Source: an uncultured bacterium (lineage in GTDB: Bacteria; Krumholzibacteriota; Krumholzibacteriia; Krumholzibacteriales; Krumholzibacteriaceae). Taken from it: a DNA stretch of 16,087 nt. Below are positions 8,955-16,087 of this stretch, piece after piece (position 1 is the first letter of the stretch; every line of letters begins with the position of its first letter). The stretch is from the NCBI GenBank assembly GCA_965371515.1, contig CBDUYR010000056.1, forward strand, positions 1 to 16,087, written 5' to 3'. The notes under the pieces are model-generated. The model did no database searches and had not been told where the DNA came from. It was given only the letters and a program-made list of their open reading frames with translations. The translations under genes and the position numbers were made by a program.

Positions 8955-9035
8955 GGTTTCCGGTAACGGGACCGGTCATGCGGACGGCGCTGCCTTCCGC
9001 GGCCGGCCGGGCAGCTGGAATCTCCCGTTGGGAGA
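8955..9035 (+). promoter_or_regulatory. Multi-hairpin intergenic region between rpsE and rpmD (function unknown)
   Basis: A GUAA-capped stem (8955-8973), a long interrupted stem (8972-9006) and TCTCCC-GTT-GGGAGA (9021-9035), all found by eye. Confidence 0.4.
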
Positions 9036-9053
9036 AATGGACGAGGATTCAAG

Positions 9054-9356
9054 ATGACCAAGAAACTGAAGATCACACAGGTGCGCAGCATCATCGGTTC
9101 CCAGGAGAAGAAGCACAAGCGCGTGATGACTTCCCTGGGGTTCACGAAGAACTACGCCACGCTGTACAAGAACGACAGCCCGCAGATCAGAGGCATGCTT
9201 CAGAAGGTGCTCCACCTGGTCGAGTGGGAAGAGGTGGAGGAAAAGGATATGCCCGCTGCCTCGAGTCCTTCGAAGGGCTTTACGGTGGTAAAGGCTGCCG
9301 GCAGGAAGACAGCGAAGAAGACCGGCGAAAAGGAGCCAGACGGAGATGAAACTTAA
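9054..9356 (+). CDS. rpmD: 50S ribosomal protein uL30 with C-terminal extension
   Basis: Motifs LKITQVRSIIG, SLG, DSPQIRGMLQKVLHLV; canonical position between rpsE and rplO. Confidence 0.93.
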   Translation: MTKKLKITQVRSIIGSQEKKHKRVMTSLGFTKNYATLYKNDSPQIRGMLQKVLHLVEWEEVEEKDMPAASSPSKGFTVVKAAGRKTAKKTGEKEPDGDET

Positions 9357-9828
9357 CGAGATCAGGCCGGCAAAGGGAGCCGTCAAAAAGAGGAAGCGTG
9401 TAGGGTGCGGGCCCGGTTCAGGGCACGGCAAGACCTCCACGAGAGGCCACAAGGGGCAGAACTCGCGCAGTGGCGGAGGCGTTCCTCCCTGGTTCGAGGG
9501 TGGACAGATGCCCCTGCAGAGGCGCCTGCCGAAGAGGGGATTCACCAATATTTTCAAGGTGAAGTACCAGGTGGTCAATCTCGACGACCTGGCGAGGTTC
9601 GAGAGCGGTACGAAGATAAACAGAGGCGTGCTCATCGAGGCCGGCCTCGTCAAGAAGGCTTCGGAGCCGGTAAAGGTGCTCGGACGAGGAGAGCTGAAAG
9701 TCGCCCTGGAGATCGAAGTGGACCACATCAGCAGAAGTGCAGCGAAAGCGATTATGGACGCGGGGGGCAGCGTATCCCTCCTTTCCGGAAAGAACGTTCC
9801 TGTTTCTGACGAGGAGGAGCGCCAGTAA
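9346..9828 (+). CDS. rplO: 50S ribosomal protein uL15
   Basis: Motifs GSGHGKTSTRGHKGQ and FEGGQMPLQRRLPKRGF; SD AAGGAG at 9330-9335 lies inside rpmD. Confidence 0.98.
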   Translation: MKLNEIRPAKGAVKKRKRVGCGPGSGHGKTSTRGHKGQNSRSGGGVPPWFEGGQMPLQRRLPKRGFTNIFKVKYQVVNLDDLARFESGTKINRGVLIEAGLVKKASEPVKVLGRGELKVALEIEVDHISRSAAKAIMDAGGSVSLLSGKNVPVSDEEERQ

Positions 9829-11132
9829 TGTTCCAGAAGTTTCAGGATATATTCAGTATTCCGGAGCTCAAGAGGCGCGTTCTCTTTACGATAGGCCTTC
9901 TGATCGTCTACCGGATCGGCGGACACATCACGACGCCTGGAGTCAACCCTCTCGCACTGAGTTATTTCTTCGAGAGCCAGCGCGGGACGATATTCCAGCT
10001 GTATGATCTGTTTGCCGGCGGCAACCTCAGAAGAGCGACGATCTTCGCGCTCGGTATCATGCCCTACATCAGCGCGTCGATCATCATGCAGCTTCTCCAG
10101 GCGGTCATCCCGTATTTTGAGAAGCTGGCGAAGGAAGGTGAGGAGGGGCGCAAGAAGATTACCCAGTTCACGAGGTACGGGACGGTCGTCCTCGCGCTGG
10201 TGCAGTCGGTCGGTATCACGGTGTTCCTCATGAACATGCAGCCGGGCGGTATCCAGGTCGTCACGATGAATCCCCTGGCGTTCAGGCTGCTCACTATGAT
10301 TACGATGACGGCGGGAACGATTTTCGTGATGTGGCTCGGCGAGCAGATTTCCGAGCGGGGTATCGGAAACGGGATCTCGCTGATTATCATGATCGGTATC
10401 GTTGCCCAGTATCCGACCTATTTCCTCAGCTCCTGGAGGGCGCTGAACCTCGGTCAGATCACGCCGCTTAGGCTTCTCGTTTTTCTCGTGATAATCGTGG
10501 GTGTGGTGGCCGCTGTGATTCTGATCACGCAGGGCCAGCGGAGGTTGCCGGTCCAGTACGCCAAGAGGATAGTCGGGCGCAAGGTCTACGGGGGACGTTC
10601 CCAGTATCTCCCGCTGAGAGTCAATACGGCGGGCGTCATCCCCATCATCTTCGCCCAGTCGATCATGGTATTCCCGACGACGATAGCATCGTTCTTCAGG
10701 CTGGAATTCATGGACACGTTCCAGCTCTACATGTCGCCGGGCACATGGCTGTATATGAGCATATATTCGCTGATAATCATATTCTTCACATACTTCTACA
10801 CGGCGATCGTCCTCAATCCGGTCGACCTCGCTGATAACATGAAGAAATACGGGGGATTTATCCCCGGTATAAGGCCGGGGAAGAAGACGAGTGACTACAT
10901 CGACAGAATCCTTTCGAGGGTCACGCTCCCCGGAGCGATGTTCCTCGCGTTCATCGCGGTCCTGCCCGACATCCTCTACAGGAGGGCGGGGCTTCCGTTC
11001 TACTTCGGTGGAACGGGTATGCTGATCGTAGTCGGTGTGATGCTCGACACGCTTCAGCAGATAGAGACGCATCTTCTGATGAGGCACTACGACGGATTCA
11101 TGAAGAAGGGCCGCCTGCGAGGAAGGCGCTAG
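9828..11132 (+). CDS. secY: Preprotein translocase subunit SecY
   Basis: Multiple hydrophobic segments; motifs IFALGIMPYISASII, WLGEQISERGIGNGISL, GGFIPGIRPG, FGGT; TAATG overlap with rplO. Confidence 0.99.
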   Translation: MFQKFQDIFSIPELKRRVLFTIGLLIVYRIGGHITTPGVNPLALSYFFESQRGTIFQLYDLFAGGNLRRATIFALGIMPYISASIIMQLLQAVIPYFEKLAKEGEEGRKKITQFTRYGTVVLALVQSVGITVFLMNMQPGGIQVVTMNPLAFRLLTMITMTAGTIFVMWLGEQISERGIGNGISLIIMIGIVAQYPTYFLSSWRALNLGQITPLRLLVFLVIIVGVVAAVILITQGQRRLPVQYAKRIVGRKVYGGRSQYLPLRVNTAGVIPIIFAQSIMVFPTTIASFFRLEFMDTFQLYMSPGTWLYMSIYSLIIIFFTYFYTAIVLNPVDLADNMKKYGGFIPGIRPGKKTSDYIDRILSRVTLPGAMFLAFIAVLPDILYRRAGLPFYFGGTGMLIVVGVMLDTLQQIETHLLMRHYDGFMKKGRLRGRR

Positions 11133-11148
11133 AAGCCCCAGAGGAAGA

Positions 11149-11805
11149 GTGAATGTAATGGCCGTAAGGCATGTAATAATTATTGGCCCTCCCGGATCGG
11201 GCAAAGGCACGCAGGCGATACGGGTTGCCGATCAGCTCGATCTCAAGCATCTATCGACGGGAGACCTGCTGAGGGAATCCGTCGCTGACGGCACCGAGCT
11301 GGGCAAGAAGGCCGAGGAGTATATGAAGGCGGGGCTGCTCGTTCCCGACGAGATCATGCTCGGCCTCATCAGGGAGCAGTTCGAGGCCCTCGATGGCGGT
11401 GGCTGGATCCTTGACGGGTTTCCCAGGACGCTTCCGCAGGCCGAGGCGCTGGCGGAGCTGCTGGAGAAAAAGGGTCTGACCATAGGGATGGTACTTCTCA
11501 TTGACGTCGATAACGAGAAGATCATTGACCGGCTTATGAGCCGCCGTGTATGCAGCGGTTGCAAAGCGGTCTACAATCTGTCGATGCTGCCTGACGGCGA
11601 CGAGAGCGCATGCGGAAAATGCGGTGGCAAGCTGGTCACAAGGCCGGACGACAAGGAAGAGACAATTACTAGGCGCCTGAAAGTCTACGAGGAGCAGACG
11701 GCGCCCGTACTGGAGTTCTACCGCAAGTCGGTGGGCGTCACGGAAGTCGACGGGACCGGTGACATCGACGAGATTACCGCGGAACTTATCCGCGTGATGA
11801 GATGA
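11149..11805 (+). CDS. adk: Adenylate kinase, long form with zinc-binding LID
   Basis: P-loop GPPGSGKGTQA, STGDLLR, LDGFPRT, LID CSGC...CGKC, RPDD. The start may be ATG 11158. Confidence 0.97.
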   Translation: MNVMAVRHVIIIGPPGSGKGTQAIRVADQLDLKHLSTGDLLRESVADGTELGKKAEEYMKAGLLVPDEIMLGLIREQFEALDGGGWILDGFPRTLPQAEALAELLEKKGLTIGMVLLIDVDNEKIIDRLMSRRVCSGCKAVYNLSMLPDGDESACGKCGGKLVTRPDDKEETITRRLKVYEEQTAPVLEFYRKSVGVTEVDGTGDIDEITAELIRVMR

Positions 11806-12545
11806 TAAATATAAAGACCGAGCCGGAACTCGAGCTGATAAGAAAAAGCGGTGAAGTTCTCAAGGAGACCTTTTCCGTACTCGAGAAAATGATCCGGCCA
11901 GGCGTGACGACTGCGGAACTGGACGCGGCGGCAGAGGATTTCATGAGGTCGCGGGGCGGCATCCCTGCTTTCAAGGGATACCAGGGATACCCGGCGACGA
12001 TATGCGCGTCTATTAACGAGGAAGTCGTTCACGGCATTCCCGGCCCTCGTTCCCTTGAAGAGGGAGACATCGTCGGGATAGACATGGGAGTCGTCCTCGA
12101 GGAGTTTTACTCCGACGCGACGAGGACATATCCCGTTGGAGAGGTATCGGAAGACACGGCCCGCCTGATCAGGGTAACGAGCGAGACCCTGGATCACGGC
12201 ATCGAACAGGCGAGAGCGGGCAATCACCTCTCCGACATCTCACATGCGATACAGAAGCATGCGGAGAGCCATGGATACTCGATCGTCCGGGCACTCGTCG
12301 GACACGGGATAGGGCGGAGGATGCACGAGGAGCCGCAGATCCCAAACTTCGGCCCTCCCGGAAAGGGACCGGAGCTCCAGGCGGGTATGGTGCTGGCGAT
12401 AGAGCCGATGGTGAACGTCGGGACGCACGACGTTCTGACGCTCGAGGACAAATGGACCTTTGTTACGGTTGACGGGAAGCTATCCTGTCACTTTGAAGAT
12501 ACGGTGGCGGTCACCGATAACGGTCCCCGGATCATGACCCGGTGA
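11802..12545 (+). CDS. map: Methionine aminopeptidase type I
   Basis: Motifs [52 protein letters not shown] overlap with adk. Confidence 0.97.
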   Translation: MINIKTEPELELIRKSGEVLKETFSVLEKMIRPGVTTAELDAAAEDFMRSRGGIPAFKGYQGYPATICASINEEVVHGIPGPRSLEEGDIVGIDMGVVLEEFYSDATRTYPVGEVSEDTARLIRVTSETLDHGIEQARAGNHLSDISHAIQKHAESHGYSIVRALVGHGIGRRMHEEPQIPNFGPPGKGPELQAGMVLAIEPMVNVGTHDVLTLEDKWTFVTVDGKLSCHFEDTVAVTDNGPRIMTR

Positions 12546-12591
12546 CCTTTGGTCGCGAAGACCGCGGCCGGCAGTAAAACGGAAAGGCTGT

Positions 12592-12810
12592 ATGGCCAAA
12601 CAGAAGGGCATACCGGTAGAGGGGAAGGTCGTCGAGGCGCTGCCCAACGCGATATTTCGGGTCGAGCTCGAGAACAAGCACATCGTGCTTGCCCACGTTT
12701 CCGGGAAGATGAGGATGCATTTCATCAGGATTCTCCCGGGGGACAGGGTCGCGCTGGAGCTGAGTCCCTACGATCTGGGCAGGGGAAGGATCACCTATCG
12801 GTATAAATGA
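12592..12810 (+). CDS. infA: Translation initiation factor IF-1
   Basis: 72 aa with [36 protein letters not shown]. Confidence 0.99.
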   Translation: MAKQKGIPVEGKVVEALPNAIFRVELENKHIVLAHVSGKMRMHFIRILPGDRVALELSPYDLGRGRITYRYK

Positions 12811-12898
12811 GCCCGAATGTCGGGACGGCCGGTAGAACGATTCCCCGCCCGCGGCGCGACACAAGCCGTGCCCGTGGACCGGAAAGGATAGTACAGAG

Positions 12899-13012
12899 AT
12901 GAAGGTCAGAAGTTCAGTAAAGAAGATGTGCCCCAACTGCAAGATTATCAGGCGCAAGGGGGTTCTGCGCGTTATCTGTAAGAACCCGAAGCACAAGCAG
13001 CGCCAGGGATAG
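12899..13012 (+). CDS. rpmJ: 50S ribosomal protein bL36 (zinc-binding C+ form)
   Basis: Translated by hand: [41 protein letters not shown] (37 aa). It is absent from the ORF track, presumably because of its size. Confidence 0.98.
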   Translation: MKVRSSVKKMCPNCKIIRRKGVLRVICKNPKHKQRQG

Positions 13013-13052
13013 GGGCTGCAGAGGTAATAGGGAATACGAAAGGAGACTACCT

Positions 13053-13424
13053 GTGGCGCGAATAGTCGGAGTCGATATACCCGACAGCAAACATATCGAG
13101 ATCGCGTTAACCTATATCTTCGGTATAGGCCGCACGAGTGCCCGCGAGATCCTCGAGAAGGCCAGGATACCCTTCATGACAAAGACGAAGGAACTGACCG
13201 ACGAGCAGACTGCGAAGATTAGAGAGATCATCGAGAACGATTACACTATCGAGGGTTCACTCAGGACCGAAAGAACGATGAATATCAAGCGGCTGATGGA
13301 TATAGGTTGCTACCGCGGTATCAGGCACAGGCACGGGCTGCCCTGTCACGGTCAGCGCACGCATACAAACGCCCGCACGCGAAAGGGCCCGCGCCATCGC
13401 CCGGGTTCCAAGAGGAAAAAGTAG
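13053..13424 (+). CDS. rpsM: 30S ribosomal protein uS13
   Basis: Motifs [35 protein letters not shown] start with SD AAGGAG at 13040-13045. Confidence 0.98.
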   Translation: MARIVGVDIPDSKHIEIALTYIFGIGRTSAREILEKARIPFMTKTKELTDEQTAKIREIIENDYTIEGSLRTERTMNIKRLMDIGCYRGIRHRHGLPCHGQRTHTNARTRKGPRHRPGSKRKK

Positions 13425-13438
13425 GGCTCAAACGCATA

Positions 13439-13455
13439 TTCGGGCTTTGCCCGAA
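13439..13455 (+). promoter_or_regulatory. Intergenic stem-loop between rpsM and rpsK (function unknown)
   Basis: TTCGGGC-TTT-GCCCGAA is a perfect 7-bp inverted repeat. Confidence 0.4.
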
Positions 13456-13484
13456 ACTTGACGGATTTTTTAGGGAGGTTTCAA

Positions 13485-13874
13485 TTGGCCCGGCCGCAAA
13501 AGACGAAAAAGAAAAAACAGAAGAAGGTGGATGCGTACGGCGTCGTACATGTGAAGTCCACGTTCAACAACACTATCATAACGATAACGGACCGTGAAGG
13601 CGCTGTGGTCGCGTGGTGCAGCCCCGGAAAGATCGGCTACAAGGGCTCCAGAAAGAGCACGCCCTTCGCCGCGCAGCAGGCGGCCCAGGCCGTGGCACGT
13701 GATGTCCTTGCAATGGGGATGAAGAAGGTCGAGGCCTGGATCAAGGGCCCCGGCCCGGGCAGGGAAGCGGCGATACGATCTCTGCGCGCCGCTGGTCTCG
13801 AGGTATCGGGGATCAAGGACTGCACGCCCATCCCTCATAACGGCGTGAGGCAGAAGAAACGCAGGAGAATCTAA
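13485..13874 (+). CDS. rpsK: 30S ribosomal protein uS11
   Basis: Motifs [42 protein letters not shown]. Start moved from 13458 to TTG 13485, which follows GGGAGGT. Confidence 0.97.
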   Translation: MARPQKTKKKKQKKVDAYGVVHVKSTFNNTIITITDREGAVVAWCSPGKIGYKGSRKSTPFAAQQAAQAVARDVLAMGMKKVEAWIKGPGPGREAAIRSLRAAGLEVSGIKDCTPIPHNGVRQKKRRRI

Positions 13875-13933
13875 CTTTTATGAAGATGATAATGAGGACG
13901 ATCGGCCCGATCAGGCCGGGGAGGTGACCGTAA

Positions 13934-14563
13934 ATGGCGAGATATACGGGTCCCGCATGCAAGCTTTGCAGAAGAGAGGGGACCAAGCTGTTCCTCAAGG
14001 GGGACCGTTGTTATTCCGATCGTTGTGCAATCGAGAAGAGGAACTATCCTCCCGGTGAGCACGGTCGCGCGAGATTCAGCAGGAGAAGCAACTACAGGAT
14101 CCAGCTGAGGGAGAAGCAGAAGCTGCGCCGCATGTATCAGTTGCTCGAGCGCCAGTTCCGCAACTATTTCAAGGAAGCGGAGAAGCGCAAGGGCGTAACC
14201 GGCGAGAATCTGCTCAAGCTTCTCGAGCAGAGACTGGACAACATGGTCTACAGGATGGGCTTTGCGCCTTCCCGTGCGACCGCGCGTCAGTTGATTCTGC
14301 ACAATCATTTCGAAGTAAACGGCAAGAGGGTCAATATCCCCTCTTACCAACTTAGTGTGGGCGACCGTGTCGCTCCGAGGGAGAAGAGCAAGAACCTTCT
14401 TGTCATCGAGGAAACGCTGAAGGGATATGGAAGCCGCGGAACGGTTCCCTATATCTCAGTCGATGTCGGCAAGAAGGAAGGGGCCTACGTCGAGGAACCA
14501 ACAAGAGATATCATACCGGTTCCCGTCGAAGAAAACCTGATAGTGGAGCTTTACTCCAAGTAA
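13934..14563 (+). CDS. rpsD: 30S ribosomal protein uS4 (N-terminal four-Cys form)
   Basis: Motifs MARYTGPACKLCRREG, PPGEHG, LREKQKLR, LEQRLDNMVYRMG, IVELYSK; SD GGAGGTG. Confidence 0.98.
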   Translation: MARYTGPACKLCRREGTKLFLKGDRCYSDRCAIEKRNYPPGEHGRARFSRRSNYRIQLREKQKLRRMYQLLERQFRNYFKEAEKRKGVTGENLLKLLEQRLDNMVYRMGFAPSRATARQLILHNHFEVNGKRVNIPSYQLSVGDRVAPREKSKNLLVIEETLKGYGSRGTVPYISVDVGKKEGAYVEEPTRDIIPVPVEENLIVELYSK

Positions 14564-14607
14564 TCTGGCAACGGCGGCCGGCCTGCCGCACAAGGAGGAT
14601 TGCTTAG

Positions 14608-15603
14608 ATGAAATGGCGCAATCTTTTGATGCCCAAAGAAATCGTGATGGACGAGTCTTCGTCCGGCCCGAAATTCGCAAGCTTTAAAGTGGAGCCACTG
14701 GAGCGCGGTTTCGGCAATACGATCGGGAACGCCCTTCGCAGGACGCTCCTGTCCTCGATACAGGGCGCCGCCGTGGCGGCTGTCAAGATCGAGAAGGTGC
14801 AGCATGAGTTCAGCACGATCAAGGGCGTCAAGGAAGACGTGACCGACATTGTGCTTAACCTCAAGCAGCTCGTACCCATCATGCACTGCGACGATCCGAG
14901 GTTTCTGACCATCGAGACGCACAAGAAGGGTCTGATCACGGCGGCCGACATCACCGAGGACGCGGAGATCGAGATCCTCAACAAGGACCTGCCGATCTGC
15001 ACGTGCACCGAGAAAGTGAAGTTGAAGATCGAGATCCTGATCGGTCACGGGAGGGGGTACGTAATCGCCGAGAACCATGTTCTCGAGGATTACGCGATCG
15101 GAATCATTCCCATCGATTCGAATTTCAGCCCCGTGACAAAGGTCAACTATACGGTGAAGAATACGCGAGTCGGCCAGAGAACCGACTATGATTCGCTCAC
15201 CCTGGATCTCACGACGAACGGAAGCATCACTCCCGAGGATGCACTCGGGTATGCGTCGAAGATCCTCAAGGATCACATGCTTCTGTTCATTCATTTCGAG
15301 GAGGAGCCGGTCGAGGAAATCGACGAGGTAGTCAACGAGGAATCCGAGAGGATGAAGGAGCTGCTCGAAAGAAGCGTCGAAGAGCTGGAGCTCTCCGTCA
15401 GGTCCTCGAACTGCCTCAAGGCCGCGAATATCAAGACTCTCGGAGAGCTCATCACGAAGTCGGAGAGCGATATGCTAAAGTATCGCAACTTCGGTCGCAA
15501 GAGCCTCAAGGAGATAGCGGATATTCTCGACGGCATGGGACTTCACCTCGGGATGGACATCGAAGCCGCTATCTTGGATAAAAAGGACGAAGAGGAGAAG
15601 TAG
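14608..15603 (+). CDS. rpoA: DNA-directed RNA polymerase subunit alpha
   Basis: Motifs [45 protein letters not shown], and alpha-[15 protein letters not shown]...[19 protein letters not shown] at 14592-14598. Confidence 0.99.
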   Translation: MKWRNLLMPKEIVMDESSSGPKFASFKVEPLERGFGNTIGNALRRTLLSSIQGAAVAAVKIEKVQHEFSTIKGVKEDVTDIVLNLKQLVPIMHCDDPRFLTIETHKKGLITAADITEDAEIEILNKDLPICTCTEKVKLKIEILIGHGRGYVIAENHVLEDYAIGIIPIDSNFSPVTKVNYTVKNTRVGQRTDYDSLTLDLTTNGSITPEDALGYASKILKDHMLLFIHFEEEPVEEIDEVVNEESERMKELLERSVEELELSVRSSNCLKAANIKTLGELITKSESDMLKYRNFGRKSLKEIADILDGMGLHLGMDIEAAILDKKDEEEK

Positions 15604-15605
15604 CA

Positions 15606-16087
15606 ATGCGTCACCACATGGACCACAGGAAGCTTGGCAGGACGGCCGCTCATCGCAAGGCGATGCTGAGCAACATGGTCACCTCTCTCTTCGAGAGGGA
15701 GAGGATCACGACTACGACCGCGAAGGCCAAGGAGGCGAGGCGCGTAGCGGAGAAGATGATCACCTTCGCCAGGAAGGGCGATCTGGCCTCGAGGCGGCAC
15801 GTCGCCAGAACGGTGAAGGACCCCGTTGTCCTCAGGAAGCTGTTCGACGACATCGCGCCGAGGTATGTCGACAGGCCGGGCGGTTATACACGTATCCTGA
15901 AGACCGGTGTCCGCAAGGGCGACGCGGCGAAAACCGCTATTCTCGAGCTTGTCGGCAAGGACGACAAGCCCCGCGGAAAGAAAAAAAGCTCCAGAAAGAC
16001 ATACCACAAGGTCGATATCCCCGAGAGCCCCGTGATTGCCGCGAAGAAGGCTGCAGAGCAGGCGGCAAAGAAAGCCGAGCAAGAGGC
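15606..16087 (+). CDS. rplQ: 50S ribosomal protein bL17 with C-terminal extension (partial, runs off the window)
   Basis: Translated by hand from ATG 15606: [24 protein letters not shown]...[12 protein letters not shown]...[10 protein letters not shown]...[12 protein letters not shown]. No stop before 16087; not in the ORF track. Confidence 0.97.
   Translation, partial: MRHHMDHRKLGRTAAHRKAMLSNMVTSLFERERITTTTAKAKEARRVAEKMITFARKGDLASRRHVARTVKDPVVLRKLFDDIAPRYVDRPGGYTRILKTGVRKGDAAKTAILELVGKDDKPRGKKKSSRKTYHKVDIPESPVIAAKKAAEQAAKKAEQE

Noticed and set aside
8976..11210. 744-aa minus-strand ORF
   Set aside because: It is in codon register antisense to rpmD and secY. Such shadow ORFs arise when the sense gene avoids TTA, CTA and TCA codons, as GC-rich genes do. 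It has no recognisable motif.
13458..13486. TTGACG as a -35 element upstream of rpsK
   Set aside because: The corresponding -10 position has no convincing TATAAT match and would overlap the start codon.
14564..14607. GCGGC/GCCGC hairpin between rpsD and rpoA as a terminator
   Set aside because: Only 5 bp, with no U-tract, and expected by chance in GC-rich sequence.
369..16082. All other minus-strand and alternative-frame ORFs in the track (e.g. 1331-2404, 6393-7133, 7716-8555, 8978-9349, 14551-15294, 15543-16082)
   Set aside because: They overlap clearly identified conserved genes and show shadow-type composition with no family motifs.
1..16087. Novel multi-gene system, CRISPR array, tRNA/rRNA, mobile element, intein or frameshifted gene
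   Set aside because: All coding space is accounted for by intact canonical genes and the largest spacer is 104 nt. I saw no repeat-spacer arrays, cloverleaf structures, transposase motifs or broken frames.

Overview
The window is the core bacterial ribosomal-protein supercluster, entirely on the + strand. It runs from the 3' end of tuf through the S10 block (rpsJ-rplC-rplD-rplW-rplB-rpsS-rplV-rpsC-rplP-rpmC-rpsQ), the spc block (rplN-rplX-rplE-rpsN-rpsH-rplF-rplR-rpsE-rpmD-rplO-secY), then adk-map-infA-rpmJ and the alpha block (rpsM-rpsK-rpsD-rpoA-rplQ, truncated at the window end). Three real genes are missing from the ORF track: the tuf tail, rpmJ and rplQ. I see no RNA genes, mobile elements, CRISPR arrays or foreign insertions, and no evidence of a new multi-gene system. 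The points worth follow-up are modest: low-complexity insertions or extensions in uL18, uS5, uL30 and bL17; GC-rich structured spacers around rplR-rpsE-rpmD and infA-rpmJ; unusual residues in conserved motifs of uS10, uS11 and uS13; and an all-zinc-motif (C+) protein repertoire. All protein calls are by motif recognition and gene order, not by database search.
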